NCBI GenBank assembly: GCA_964432405.1
Contig: CAYSNH010000001.1
Coordinates: 162,080 to 194,079, forward strand
Direction: 5' to 3'
DNA from: an uncultured Candidatus Saccharibacteria bacterium
GTDB taxonomy: Bacteria; Patescibacteriota; Minisyncoccia; UBA6257; UBA11618
DNA: 32,000 nucleotides
Part shown: in pieces, positions 17,562 to 25,652 of the stretch
How positions within the stretch are numbered: the stretch's first letter is position 1
Layout of the letters: each line of letters begins with the position of its first letter
Made by a program: the position numbers and the translations under genes
Notes under the pieces: generated by a model
Databases searched by the model: none
The model's input: the letters and a program-made list of their open reading frames with translations, nothing else
What the model was told of the DNA's origin: nothing

Positions 17562-19988
17562 ATGGCTAAGGAAAAAGAAATAAAAAAATCAAAAATAGAA
17601 GATATAGAAATTACCGAAGAATTACGTGAGTCATACCTAGACTACGCGATGTCGGTTATCGTCTCTCGAGCTCTGCCAGATGTGCGTGATGGTCTTAAGC
17701 CAGTACAGCGACGCATTCTTTGGGCTATGTGGGATAGTGGTTTGAATCCAGGTGCTAAGTTGAGAAAATCAGCTAATGTTGTTGGTGAGGTTTTAGGGCG
17801 TTACCACCCTCATGGTGATAATGCGGTATATGATGCGATGGCTAGAATGGTACAAGACTTCTCTCTTCGCTACCCTCTTATAACTGGACAAGGTAACTGG
17901 GGTTCTATTGAAGGAGATTCTCAAGCTGCTATGCGTTATACGGAGTGTAAGATGGCTAGAGTTTCTGAAGAGCTCTTGTTTGATGTTGAAAAAGAGACTG
18001 TTGATTGGCAAGAGAACTATGACGCTAGTCGAAAAGAGCCCGTTTGTTTACCAGCCAGACTACCCCACCTTCTGTTAAACGGTGCTATGGGTATTGCTGT
18101 TGGTATGGCTACCAACATTCCACCTCACAGCTTAGATGAGGTAGCGGATGCAGTCATTCATTTAATTGATAAGCCAAAAGCTACTGGTGAAGACTTAATG
18201 AGCTTTATTAAAGGGCCCGATTTCCCAACCGGTGGAATTATTTATGATAAAAAAGCTATTACCGCCGCCTATCTTTCTGGTCGAGGTGGTATTACTTGTA
18301 GGGCTAAGACTGAAATTAAAGAAGACCGTATTGAAATTACAGAGGTCCCTTATCAAGTTAATGTTTCTGACTTGCTTGTTAAGATTGCTAATTTGGTAAT
18401 GGAAAAAAAGATTGATGGTATTAGAGATGTTCGTAATGAATCAGATAAAGATGGCTTGAGTATTGTGATTGAACTCAAGAAAGACACTATCCCCCAAAGA
18501 GTTCTAAATCAATTATTCAAATTTACTGAACTACAAAAAGATTTTCATCTTAATATGATTGCCTTGGCTAATGGTTTGCAGCCACAAGTCATGTCAGTGA
18601 TCGATATTCTTAAATATTACTTAGAACATCGCCAAATTGTTATTCGAAGGCGTACAGAGTTTGATCTTCGTAAGGCTAAAGAAAGAGCTCATATTCTAGA
18701 AGGGCTTTCCAAGGCTTTGTCAGTGATTGATAAGGTTATTGCTACGATCAAAAAATCTAAAAATAGAGATGATGCTCGTAAGAATTTAATTACCAAGTTT
18801 AAATTCTCCGAGATTCAGGCTAATGCAATTCTAGATATGAGATTGCAGAGTTTAGCTGCTCTTGAGAATAAAAAAATTAATGACGAGCTTAAAGAAAAGA
18901 AAGCGATCATTAAAGAATTAGAGCTTATCTTAAAAGATCCTAAAAAAATTCTTAAAATTATTAAAGATGACTTAAAGAGTCTTAAGGCTAAATATGGTGG
19001 CGAGCGAAGAACTCGAGTTGTTGCCACGGGCCTAAAGTCTTTAGGCGATGCCGACCTTATTAAGTCTGAAGAAACTATTATTACCCGCTCAAGAGGTAGT
19101 TATATTAAAAGAGTTTCTCCAACTGCATATAAATCTCAACATCGAGGTGGTAAAGGGCTAATTGGCTCAGATGTTGCAGAAGAAGATTTCATTGAGCATC
19201 TCCTTATCGCTAATACTCATGACAACATACTCTTCTTTACAGACAAAGGGCGCGTTTTCCAAACCAAGGTTTGGGAGATTCCTTCTTCAAGTAGAACTGC
19301 TAAAGGAAAATTAATTCAAAACTTCTTAGAAATCCCTCCTACAGAAAAAGTTAGTGCCATGGTTACCTATCAAGATAAGTCTGATGGTTACTTAATCATG
19401 GCTACCAAAAAAGGAGTCATCAAAAAAACCTCTCTAAAAGATTTTGATAAGGTGAGGCGGACCGGAATCATTGCCATCTCTCTAAAGAAAGATGATCTCT
19501 TGAGTTGGGTTAGACTGTCTTCTGGTAAAGACAATGTTATTTTAACCACTCGACAAGGTCAGGCTATTCGCTTTAAAGAATCTCAAGTCAGAGCTATGGG
19601 TAGAACTGCCGCTGGAGTAGCCGCTCTTCGTCTCAAGGAGGATGATGAAGTTAGTTCACTTAATATTATTAATGACGAACACATTAAGAAGGCTAAATTA
19701 TTGGTGGTAATGGATAGGGGGTATGGTAAGCAAACGAGTATTGCACAGTATAAGATTCAGAAACGTGGCGGTCTTGGTATAAAAACTGCTAGAATAACTA
19801 GTAAGACCGGCCAATTGATTTCAGCTCACTTAATCAATGGTGAAGAAGACCTCTTCGTCTTGTCTGCAAAGGGTCAGATGATTAGAACAAAGATTAGTTC
19901 TGTTCGTTCTGCTAGTCGTGCAACTCAAGGGGTTAAGATTATGAGCTTACGAGCCGGTGATAATATTATCGGTGCAATATGCCTCTAA
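17562..19988 (+). CDS. gyrA: DNA gyrase subunit A
   Basis: [20 protein letters not shown], the HPHGD motif, AAMRYTE with the catalytic Tyr, and C-terminal beta-pinwheel repeats. 808 aa. Confidence 0.97.
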   Translation: MAKEKEIKKSKIEDIEITEELRESYLDYAMSVIVSRALPDVRDGLKPVQRRILWAMWDSGLNPGAKLRKSANVVGEVLGRYHPHGDNAVYDAMARMVQDFSLRYPLITGQGNWGSIEGDSQAAMRYTECKMARVSEELLFDVEKETVDWQENYDASRKEPVCLPARLPHLLLNGAMGIAVGMATNIPPHSLDEVADAVIHLIDKPKATGEDLMSFIKGPDFPTGGIIYDKKAITAAYLSGRGGITCRAKTEIKEDRIEITEVPYQVNVSDLLVKIANLVMEKKIDGIRDVRNESDKDGLSIVIELKKDTIPQRVLNQLFKFTELQKDFHLNMIALANGLQPQVMSVIDILKYYLEHRQIVIRRRTEFDLRKAKERAHILEGLSKALSVIDKVIATIKKSKNRDDARKNLITKFKFSEIQANAILDMRLQSLAALENKKINDELKEKKAIIKELELILKDPKKILKIIKDDLKSLKAKYGGERRTRVVATGLKSLGDADLIKSEETIITRSRGSYIKRVSPTAYKSQHRGGKGLIGSDVAEEDFIEHLLIANTHDNILFFTDKGRVFQTKVWEIPSSSRTAKGKLIQNFLEIPPTEKVSAMVTYQDKSDGYLIMATKKGVIKKTSLKDFDKVRRTGIIAISLKKDDLLSWVRLSSGKDNVILTTRQGQAIRFKESQVRAMGRTAAGVAALRLKEDDEVSSLNIINDEHIKKAKLLVVMDRGYGKQTSIAQYKIQKRGGLGIKTARITSKTGQLISAHLINGEEDLFVLSAKGQMIRTKISSVRSASRATQGVKIMSLRAGDNIIGAICL

Positions 19989-21268
19989 ATTTATCTCGTA
20001 ATCAAATAATAATAGTCAGTCTAGTATTGTTACTGGTCGTTATTTCAATTTTTGCTTTTTTTGGAATAATACCGGGTATTTTTAAGAAGGACCAAGAGAA
20101 GGTCACTTTGAATTTAATGGGCTTTGAAGATCGTCGGGTCTTTTCTCCTGTAATTAAAAATTTTAATGACAGGTTTCCTTATATAAAAGTTAAGTATCAG
20201 CAGATTAATTTTAATAATTATGAAGATGTTTTAGTTAATCAGTTAGCTGCTGGTACTGGTCCAGATGTTTTTATGTTCCACAGCACCTGGTTGCCAAAGC
20301 ATTTTGATAAGATAACTCCCGTTGGCACAGAGCGATTTAACATTAGTGAGGTAGACAGGCTCTTCCCTACCGTCGTTAGACAAGACTTTGCTCCTAGTGA
20401 AGTCGTTTTCTCCCTTCCTTTATATATAGACACCCTTGCTCTTTATTACAATAAAGAAATTTTTGATACTAAAGGCATAGCTATCCCTCCTCGAACTTGG
20501 TTAGAGTTTCAGGACACGGTCTTAAAAACTCGTCAGAAAGATAGGGCTGGTAACTTGTTCCAGCCGGGAGCAGCTATTGGAGGGTCATCTAGAAATATTA
20601 GTCGAGCCACTGATATTTTAAACTTACTCTTTCTACAAACCGGCAACCCAATGGTTGATAGCAGGTTCACTCAAGCTAATTTTGCTAGTCGAGGACGACA
20701 AGCCTTTAATTATTATTTGAGATTTAGTAATCCTAACGATGATTTTTATACGTGGAATAAGTATCAGCCTTTTTCAGCTGACTTGTTTGCTGAAGGCAAG
20801 CTACCAATGATGCTTCATTATAGAGCTCAGGCTTTTGATATTAAGCAGCGCTCTCCTTTCTTGAGTTTTGGCGTTGCGTCTGCTCCGCATCCTGCTACTC
20901 CGGGTCCAGAAGTTAGCTACGCCGACTATTATGGCTTAGCAGTCTCCAATTCATCACTTAATCCTCAGGCCGCTTGGGAGTTTATAATACATGTTACTAC
21001 CGATCCTAAAGCATCTAACATCTATCTATCTAGCACAGGTATGCCACCAGCTCTTCGTTCTAGTATCAAAGAGAAACTTAATGATCCAGAGCTAGGAATT
21101 TTCGCTAAACAGGCTCTAACAGCTCGTTCTTGGCCTCAGATAGACAATAGAGCGGTTGAGGTATCTTTTTCTAAGATGATAGAATCGGTAATGGAAGGTA
21201 GGTTAAGAACTGATCAAGCTCTTCGACAAGCTGAATCAGAGATTACTCAATTAATGTCTCGTCGCTAA
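19979..21268 (+). CDS. membrane-anchored extracellular solute-binding protein (ABC family-1-like), orphan
   Basis: N-terminal [24 protein letters not shown] followed by an SBP_bac_1-like pattern ([43 protein letters not shown]). The start overlaps the gyrA end by 10 nt. No permease or ATPase gene is adjacent. Confidence 0.7.
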   Translation: MPLNLSRNQIIIVSLVLLLVVISIFAFFGIIPGIFKKDQEKVTLNLMGFEDRRVFSPVIKNFNDRFPYIKVKYQQINFNNYEDVLVNQLAAGTGPDVFMFHSTWLPKHFDKITPVGTERFNISEVDRLFPTVVRQDFAPSEVVFSLPLYIDTLALYYNKEIFDTKGIAIPPRTWLEFQDTVLKTRQKDRAGNLFQPGAAIGGSSRNISRATDILNLLFLQTGNPMVDSRFTQANFASRGRQAFNYYLRFSNPNDDFYTWNKYQPFSADLFAEGKLPMMLHYRAQAFDIKQRSPFLSFGVASAPHPATPGPEVSYADYYGLAVSNSSLNPQAAWEFIIHVTTDPKASNIYLSSTGMPPALRSSIKEKLNDPELGIFAKQALTARSWPQIDNRAVEVSFSKMIESVMEGRLRTDQALRQAESEITQLMSRR

Positions 21269-21275
21269 TTTTTAA

Positions 21276-21770
21276 ATGCCTCAATTTTTATCACACATAG
21301 TTCCTCAGTGTACGGGAAGATTATTCCCTAACAATATAGAAAGACTGTGTACTTTTTGTGACTTAATAAAGATGCTTGATAATATAGTTAAATTTTTAGC
21401 TGGTCTGGCTCCCTTTTTAGCTATCATTCTTATAATTTGGGGAGCCTTCCTTGTCATTACAGCCGGCGGATCTTCTGATAGATTGTCTAGTGGTAAAAAA
21501 GTTATTCAAGCTGCTGTCGTTGGTCTAGCCATCGTACTTGGAGCTTGGGTTATAGTTAGTACAGTATTTCTCATCATTACTGGCGGCAATAGATTTTATG
21601 GCGCTCCATTGCCTTGGCATTCTATTCGCTGCACTCAACTTAACACCCCTTCTAAACCTCGATCTCAATCACTAGGGCCAGGTAGGCATGGTGATGTTAG
21701 TAGCGCACAAGAAGCTAGAGAATTTGGCTATAGTGAAGAGCATATAAGAATGATTTATCCGGAAGAATAG
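21276..21770 (+). CDS. TrbC/VirB2-like (T4SS-type) pilin paralogue 1, Cys-motif N-terminus
   Basis: N-terminal IVPQCTG...CTFCDL motif, then a two-helix hairpin LAIILIIWGAFLVITAGGSSDRLSSGKKVIQAAVVGLAIVLGAWVIV shared with the next two genes. An extra 60-aa hydrophilic tail follows. Confidence 0.65.
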   Translation: MPQFLSHIVPQCTGRLFPNNIERLCTFCDLIKMLDNIVKFLAGLAPFLAIILIIWGAFLVITAGGSSDRLSSGKKVIQAAVVGLAIVLGAWVIVSTVFLIITGGNRFYGAPLPWHSIRCTQLNTPSKPRSQSLGPGRHGDVSSAQEAREFGYSEEHIRMIYPEE

Positions 21771-21804
21771 TCACTTACTATAATAATCTGGTATTATTAA
21801 TATA

Positions 21805-22230
21805 ATGAAAGTAATCTTACTAAAACTTCTTCAAGTTCAGACAGCTTTTGCTAGAAATCACTATATGATGATTGATGATTCTGGTGGTGGTCAGATTTCT
21901 CCAGTTGGAGCCGGACAGATTTCTCCAGTTGGAGCCGGACAGATTTCTCCAGTTGGCGGCGGCGATATAGTTTTTACCAGCCCTTTAGGCGGGTATAGTA
22001 ATCTGCAGCTCATCCTTGATAGAGTCATTAATGGCTTACTTATTTTAGCTACCCCAGTAGTGGTTATTATGATTCTTTGGGCTGGTTATCAATTTATAGT
22101 ATCTGGCGGTAGTCCAGATAAGATAACTAAGGCTCGTCAGACTATTCTTTGGGCTGCTGTTGGTTATGGTATTTTGCTTCTATCAAGAGGAATTACCTTT
22201 ATAATTCAACAGTTATTAACAGGATACTAA
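21805..22230 (+). CDS. TrbC/VirB2-like pilin paralogue 2 with an N-terminal (GQISPVGA)x3 repeat
   Basis: Signal-like MKVILLKLLQVQTAFA, the repeat, then VVVIMILWAGYQFIVSGGSPDKITKARQTILWAAVGYGILLLS, the same two-TM hairpin with the SGG...K loop. Confidence 0.7.
   Translation: MKVILLKLLQVQTAFARNHYMMIDDSGGGQISPVGAGQISPVGAGQISPVGGGDIVFTSPLGGYSNLQLILDRVINGLLILATPVVVIMILWAGYQFIVSGGSPDKITKARQTILWAAVGYGILLLSRGITFIIQQLLTGY
21889..21960 (+). repeat. 3 x 24-bp in-frame tandem repeat
   Basis: Units are ggtcagatttctccagttggagcc, ggacagatttctccagttggagcc and ggacagatttctccagttggcggc. They encode GQISPVGA, GQISPVGA and GQISPVGG. Confidence 0.95.
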
Positions 22231-22300
22231 TTGTTGAAACTAAACAATCGGTTAAAATAGTAATGAAAGGTCGTTAAGGAAATCTTATTGTATTAAATTA

Positions 22301-22663
22301 ATGAACAAATTAATGAAGTGGTCTATCATTGCCACATCTTCCCTTCCTTTGCTGTCATTTGCTCAGCCTTTTAGATCAGGATATGTAGGTGGTCAGTCTG
22401 GACAGTCAGCTTCTCGTATTCAGAGTATTGAGGGTGTTATTGACGCAATGAATACAGCTATAGGTTGGATCCAAAATATTCTTTTAATTTTAGCTATTAT
22501 ATTAGTATTATGGGCAGCCTTTCTTTATATCACCTCTGGAGGAGATGAGGGTAAGGTTGGGGCAGCTAAAAAAGCTTTATTCGCAGCAGCTATCGGAATA
22601 GCAATCGTGCTTCTAGCCTATTCCATCACTCCTATTATTCAACAGCTGTTACAAGCTAGTTAA
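22301..22663 (+). CDS. TrbC/VirB2-like pilin paralogue 3
   Basis: Signal peptide MNKLMKWSIIATSSLPLLSFA followed by LAIILVLWAAFLYITSGGDEGKVGAAKKALFAAAIGIAIVLLAYSI. Confidence 0.7.
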   Translation: MNKLMKWSIIATSSLPLLSFAQPFRSGYVGGQSGQSASRIQSIEGVIDAMNTAIGWIQNILLILAIILVLWAAFLYITSGGDEGKVGAAKKALFAAAIGIAIVLLAYSITPIIQQLLQAS

Positions 22664-22684
22664 AATATTTCTTAACGTAATAAA

Positions 22685-22716
22685 AAAGCCCCTGCTATTA
22701 ACTAGCAGGGGCTTTG
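22685..22716. terminator. bidirectional hairpin terminator
   Basis: AAAAAA-GCCCCTGCTA-ttaac-TAGCAGGGGC-TTT, between the convergent stops at 22663 (+) and 22743 (-). Confidence 0.75.
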
Positions 22717-22742
22717 TCGTTCACATACCCTCTATTCTCTGT

Positions 22743-23237
22743 TTAGGGCGATAGCAGTGTACGAACAGTAGCTGCACCCTCTCCACGCAATTGGAAGGTT
22801 GTTAAGGACCCTAACTCCAGGATCTTACCATTTTGTAGATCACTCCACTTTAACAGAAAGATCCGATCTCTATCAGGATCAAGTATCTCTACCTGACCAT
22901 CTGGAGGAGGGACGATCTGTATGTATTGGAATAGTCCTGGTTGCAGCTCAATGGGCGAAGACCACTCTTCGTTGTCCAACTTTACTTTCGTAGAAGTTGG
23001 CTTTGAAGAACTTCCTACAAACAAGACTTCTTGGTTGAACGGAGTCTTCTCAGAGGTTTTTTGAATCTGCTGACTCGGACTTTCCGAGGTTTCAAAAAAC
23101 TCACTCGTTTCCTTCCAGATACCTGGAAGGTAGTTGGCTGCCATCATAAGACAGCAGATGCAGAGCATGGCTCCAATAAGCCATTTTGCGCCAGCTTTTA
23201 CGCCTCCAAGAGGGGTCGTTGTTGCAGTATCGGCCAT
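22743..23237 (-). CDS. 164-aa single-pass membrane protein with beta-rich C-terminal domain (cassette C, gene 3)
   Basis: The track start at 23297 would read through a terminator hairpin. I prefer ATG 23237, preceded by AAGGAGG 5 nt upstream. Sequence begins MADTATTTPLGG..., TM WLIGAMLCICCLMMAANYL, and the C-terminus is predicted beta-rich. No family recognised; a role analogous to short NfeD is only a hypothesis. Confidence 0.7.
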   Translation of the reverse strand: MADTATTTPLGGVKAGAKWLIGAMLCICCLMMAANYLPGIWKETSEFFETSESPSQQIQKTSEKTPFNQEVLFVGSSSKPTSTKVKLDNEEWSSPIELQPGLFQYIQIVPPPDGQVEILDPDRDRIFLLKWSDLQNGKILELGSLTTFQLRGEGAATVRTLLSP

Positions 23238-23252
23238 GACGGCCTCCTTTCC

Positions 23253-23285
23253 AATAAAAAAGGACAGTGTTAATTTACTGTCCTT
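23253..23285 (-). terminator. intra-operon hairpin (attenuator/terminator) between the SPFH gene and the downstream gene
   Basis: The minus strand reads AAGGACAGT-aaattaac-ACTGTCCTT-TTTTATT. It lies about 25 nt after the stop at 23311 and immediately before the SD of the next gene. Confidence 0.6.
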
Positions 23286-23310
23286 AATATAGCACATTTA
23301 GCTATATTTG

Positions 23311-24396
23311 TCAATCAGAGCCAGAGTCAGCAAGATCTGGTCTGAGAATAGTTGTTGCGGACTCACTACCATCAATCGCCACAGTTTGGTGTCTGCTTTG
23401 ACCATTGATAGCTAGAGCCAAATTCATTCTTGTAGCTTCAGGAATCTCTTCAAATCCCTTTAGCCGACTCATTGTTTCTAGGATAGCCGCCGTTTCTTTT
23501 CCAGTTCGTTGGCGCTTTTCCATAGTTTTTTGGAATTCTTCAGTCCATTTAACGCTGGATAGAGCAAAATGATCGATGTCGATAGCATATCTTTCTTCGA
23601 CATCAGAGTTTTTATCTTTTTCAACAAGCTCTTTATCAAGACACTCTTTTATTTCTCGGTAAAAGAGTTTGTAGAAGGCGATCCTGGATTCTGGAGGGAT
23701 GCAGCAGGCATCGGTAAGAATCTGGCTGTCGTGATCTTCATTGTACTTTGCAACCTTTTGATCAAAAGACGCCTCATCCTCTTTCCTGATTTCTTCGAAA
23801 TCACGATGAGGAATAATTTCAAGGCATAGGATGCAGTTGATGACCAACTGTATGATTTCACGATCTTGTATAAATGCCGTGTAATTGTGACGTCCGGCAA
23901 TGATACCAATCTCGCTACTAATTAAATCTCCCAAGCCCTGCTTGATAGCGGCTTCAGACAGCCCCGCGAATTTAGAGGCCCTTTGGTCGTCAACTCTGTA
24001 TTGAGCGGATCCTTCAAGCTCAGCCTCTATCTCGTCTAGAGTTGTAAAGCTTTCTTTTATCCCAAGGCTTTTAACAGAGGCATCGTGGATATAGACTCTT
24101 TGCCATATCCAACACCAATGAATTCCTTCTCTCACATTCCTGCCAGTTCTTTCGCCAAAGACTCTGTATTCACCGAAGTGAATAGAGGGTACTTTGATGA
24201 TCGAGCAGTAAATGATAAAAATCACCATTCCACTCCACCCCATCCAGGGCATAGTTATTCCCAGCAGATCACTTCCCGTTTGTGAAGAATGATATGCTAG
24301 AGCTCCTAATCCTATCAGAGCGCTAATTAGCAGGACTTTCAAAAAATTGTCCAACAACCAGGTTGTTAATCGATAATCATCTTCCAAGTTACTCAT
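23311..24396 (-). CDS. divergent SPFH/band-7 (stomatin/prohibitin-like) membrane protein (cassette C, gene 2)
   Basis: 361 aa with two N-terminal TMs (VLLISALIGLGALAY, WSGMVIFIIYCSII). The segment VPSIHFGEYRVFGERTGRNVREGIHWCWIWQRVYIHDASVKSLGIKESFTTLDEIEAELEGSAQYRV fits the SPFH core pattern. The C-terminus is long and helical. SD GGGAGG lies 6 nt before the ATG. Confidence 0.65.
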   Translation of the reverse strand: MSNLEDDYRLTTWLLDNFLKVLLISALIGLGALAYHSSQTGSDLLGITMPWMGWSGMVIFIIYCSIIKVPSIHFGEYRVFGERTGRNVREGIHWCWIWQRVYIHDASVKSLGIKESFTTLDEIEAELEGSAQYRVDDQRASKFAGLSEAAIKQGLGDLISSEIGIIAGRHNYTAFIQDREIIQLVINCILCLEIIPHRDFEEIRKEDEASFDQKVAKYNEDHDSQILTDACCIPPESRIAFYKLFYREIKECLDKELVEKDKNSDVEERYAIDIDHFALSSVKWTEEFQKTMEKRQRTGKETAAILETMSRLKGFEEIPEATRMNLALAINGQSRHQTVAIDGSESATTILRPDLADSGSD

Positions 24397-24521
24397 TTCA
24401 ACCTCCCTTTCTTTTGGGCTTTCTTTCTTTCCCGTTTTTCTCTACGCTTCTCCTTTTTCTTTCTCTTCCTTGCCTCTCTTTCCTGGTTCTTCTCTGTTCC
24501 ATGAGGATTTCGTTTAACCAT
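24393..24521 (-). CDS. candidate 42-aa highly basic peptide (cassette C, gene 1)
   Basis: Hand translation: MVKRNPHGTEKNQEREARKRKKKEKRREKRERKKAQKKGRLK*. AGGAGA lies 7 nt before the ATG (24521), and the stop TGA overlaps the SPFH ATG (ATGA). It could instead be a purine-rich leader. Confidence 0.4.
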   Translation of the reverse strand: MVKRNPHGTEKNQEREARKRKKKEKRREKRERKKAQKKGRLK

Positions 24522-24597
24522 CTTTATTCTCCTAAATAAGGATACTTGTCAAAGTTCTGATTTGTGATATTATATTATAAAAAAAGAAACCCGTAAA

Positions 24598-24681
24598 GGG
24601 CGAGTGGCGGAATTGGTAGACGCGATAGGTTTAGGACCTATTGAGCTTACGCTCGTGGGAGTTCGAGTCTCCCCTCGCCCA
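24598..24681 (+). tRNA. tRNA-Leu (anticodon UAG), class II
   Basis: Acceptor GGGCGAG/CTCGCCC, anticodon arm ATAGG-TTTAGGA-CCTAT, 15-nt variable arm TGAGCTTACGCTCGT, T arm GGGAG-TTCGAGT-CTCCC, discriminator A. No CCA. Confidence 0.9.
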
Positions 24682-24706
24682 CACTTTTAAATGTTCTATT
24701 TTTATC

Positions 24707-25585
24707 TCACTCTTTTTTATCGTGAAAGGTTTTGTGCACTTCTTTTAGTTGCTTGTTAGTTATGTGAGTATAAACTTGGGTGGTAGAAATGTTGCTGTGA
24801 CCCAGCATTTCTTGAACAGACCTTAAATCCGCCCCATTCATTAAAAGATCAGTGGCAAATTGATGACGTAATGTATGTGGAGATACTTTTTTCTGAACAA
24901 TGCCTGCTTTACGAGCATAGAAATTTATTAATCGCTGTACTGAGCGAGGGGTTATTCTTCCGATAGCTTTCTCTTTCATTAAGCTAATAAAAAGAGCCTC
25001 TAAAGTATCACCTCTTTTATTCAAATAACTTTCTATAGCTTCTTTAGCTTTATCAGAAATAAAGACGAGGCGTAGTTTCTCCCCCTTCCCCCTTACCGTC
25101 ACCTCTTTTTTTTCTAAATTTATATACCTATCTAAAGCACAGAGCTCTGAAAGACGAAGGCCGGTAGAGAACAGTGTTTCCAAGATAGCTTTGTCGCGCA
25201 AACTTTTTAGATCACTCCCCTCAGGCGCACTCATTAATCTTTCTAAATCACTATTATCAATTATCTCTATTTGTCGCTGAGGTATTTTTGGCAGCTCAAC
25301 CTTATCTGGTGATATGGTTTTATAATCTTTTTTAGTTAAATATTTAAGAAAATTACGTAAAGCTATAATATAATAGCTTTGAGTCACCTTCTTTAAGTTT
25401 GTTCTAGCTAAATGAAGACGAAACTTTTTTATATTATCTAATGAGATGTCCTGATAATTCTTAATCTTGGCAAACTCAAAGAAGACAACAAGATATTGCT
25501 CGTAATTGTTACGAGTCTTAGGTGAGCGACCACGCTCAATCTCTATATAATCCAGATATTCTTGCAGTAATTGATCAATAGTCAT
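24707..25585 (-). CDS. xerC: XerC/XerD-type tyrosine site-specific recombinase
   Basis: N-terminal SAM-like core-binding domain, ATGLRLSEL-type box (FSTGLRLSELCAL) and C-terminal HTLRHQFATDLLMNGADLRSVQEMLGHSNISTTQVYTHI with the catalytic Tyr. Confidence 0.9.
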   Translation of the reverse strand: MTIDQLLQEYLDYIEIERGRSPKTRNNYEQYLVVFFEFAKIKNYQDISLDNIKKFRLHLARTNLKKVTQSYYIIALRNFLKYLTKKDYKTISPDKVELPKIPQRQIEIIDNSDLERLMSAPEGSDLKSLRDKAILETLFSTGLRLSELCALDRYINLEKKEVTVRGKGEKLRLVFISDKAKEAIESYLNKRGDTLEALFISLMKEKAIGRITPRSVQRLINFYARKAGIVQKKVSPHTLRHQFATDLLMNGADLRSVQEMLGHSNISTTQVYTHITNKQLKEVHKTFHDKKE

Positions 25586-25652
25586 ATTATAAGTCTATCA
25601 TATATATAGCAGCAGTTGACTAAATACTAATTTAATTTTATTATATATTACT

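Noticed and set aside
21889-21960. Possible CRISPR-like repeat
   Set aside because: There are only three contiguous 24-bp units with no spacers, lying in frame within a coding sequence. This is a coding tandem repeat.
22743-23297. Longer track starts for several genes (23297, 16657 TTG, 16336 TTG, 16659 TTG, 7532 GTG, 31111)
   Set aside because: These extensions begin at non-ATG codons, read through a terminator hairpin or promoter box, or add atypical hydrophobic residues. Internal ATGs with better context were preferred, but the starts remain unverified.
22685-24706. Cassette C (and the other blocks) as classical tRNA-targeting integrative elements
   Set aside because: No integrase lies inside any block. 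I could find no direct repeat of a tRNA 3' end at the distal boundaries by eye. The adjacency is noted, but an integrative-element call is unsupported.
24707-25585. The tyrosine recombinase as the integrase of cassette C
   Set aside because: It is AT-rich and SD-less like the core genes, has canonical XerC/D architecture, and lies on the opposite side of the tRNA from the cassette. A housekeeping Xer function is the simpler reading, although a link cannot be excluded.
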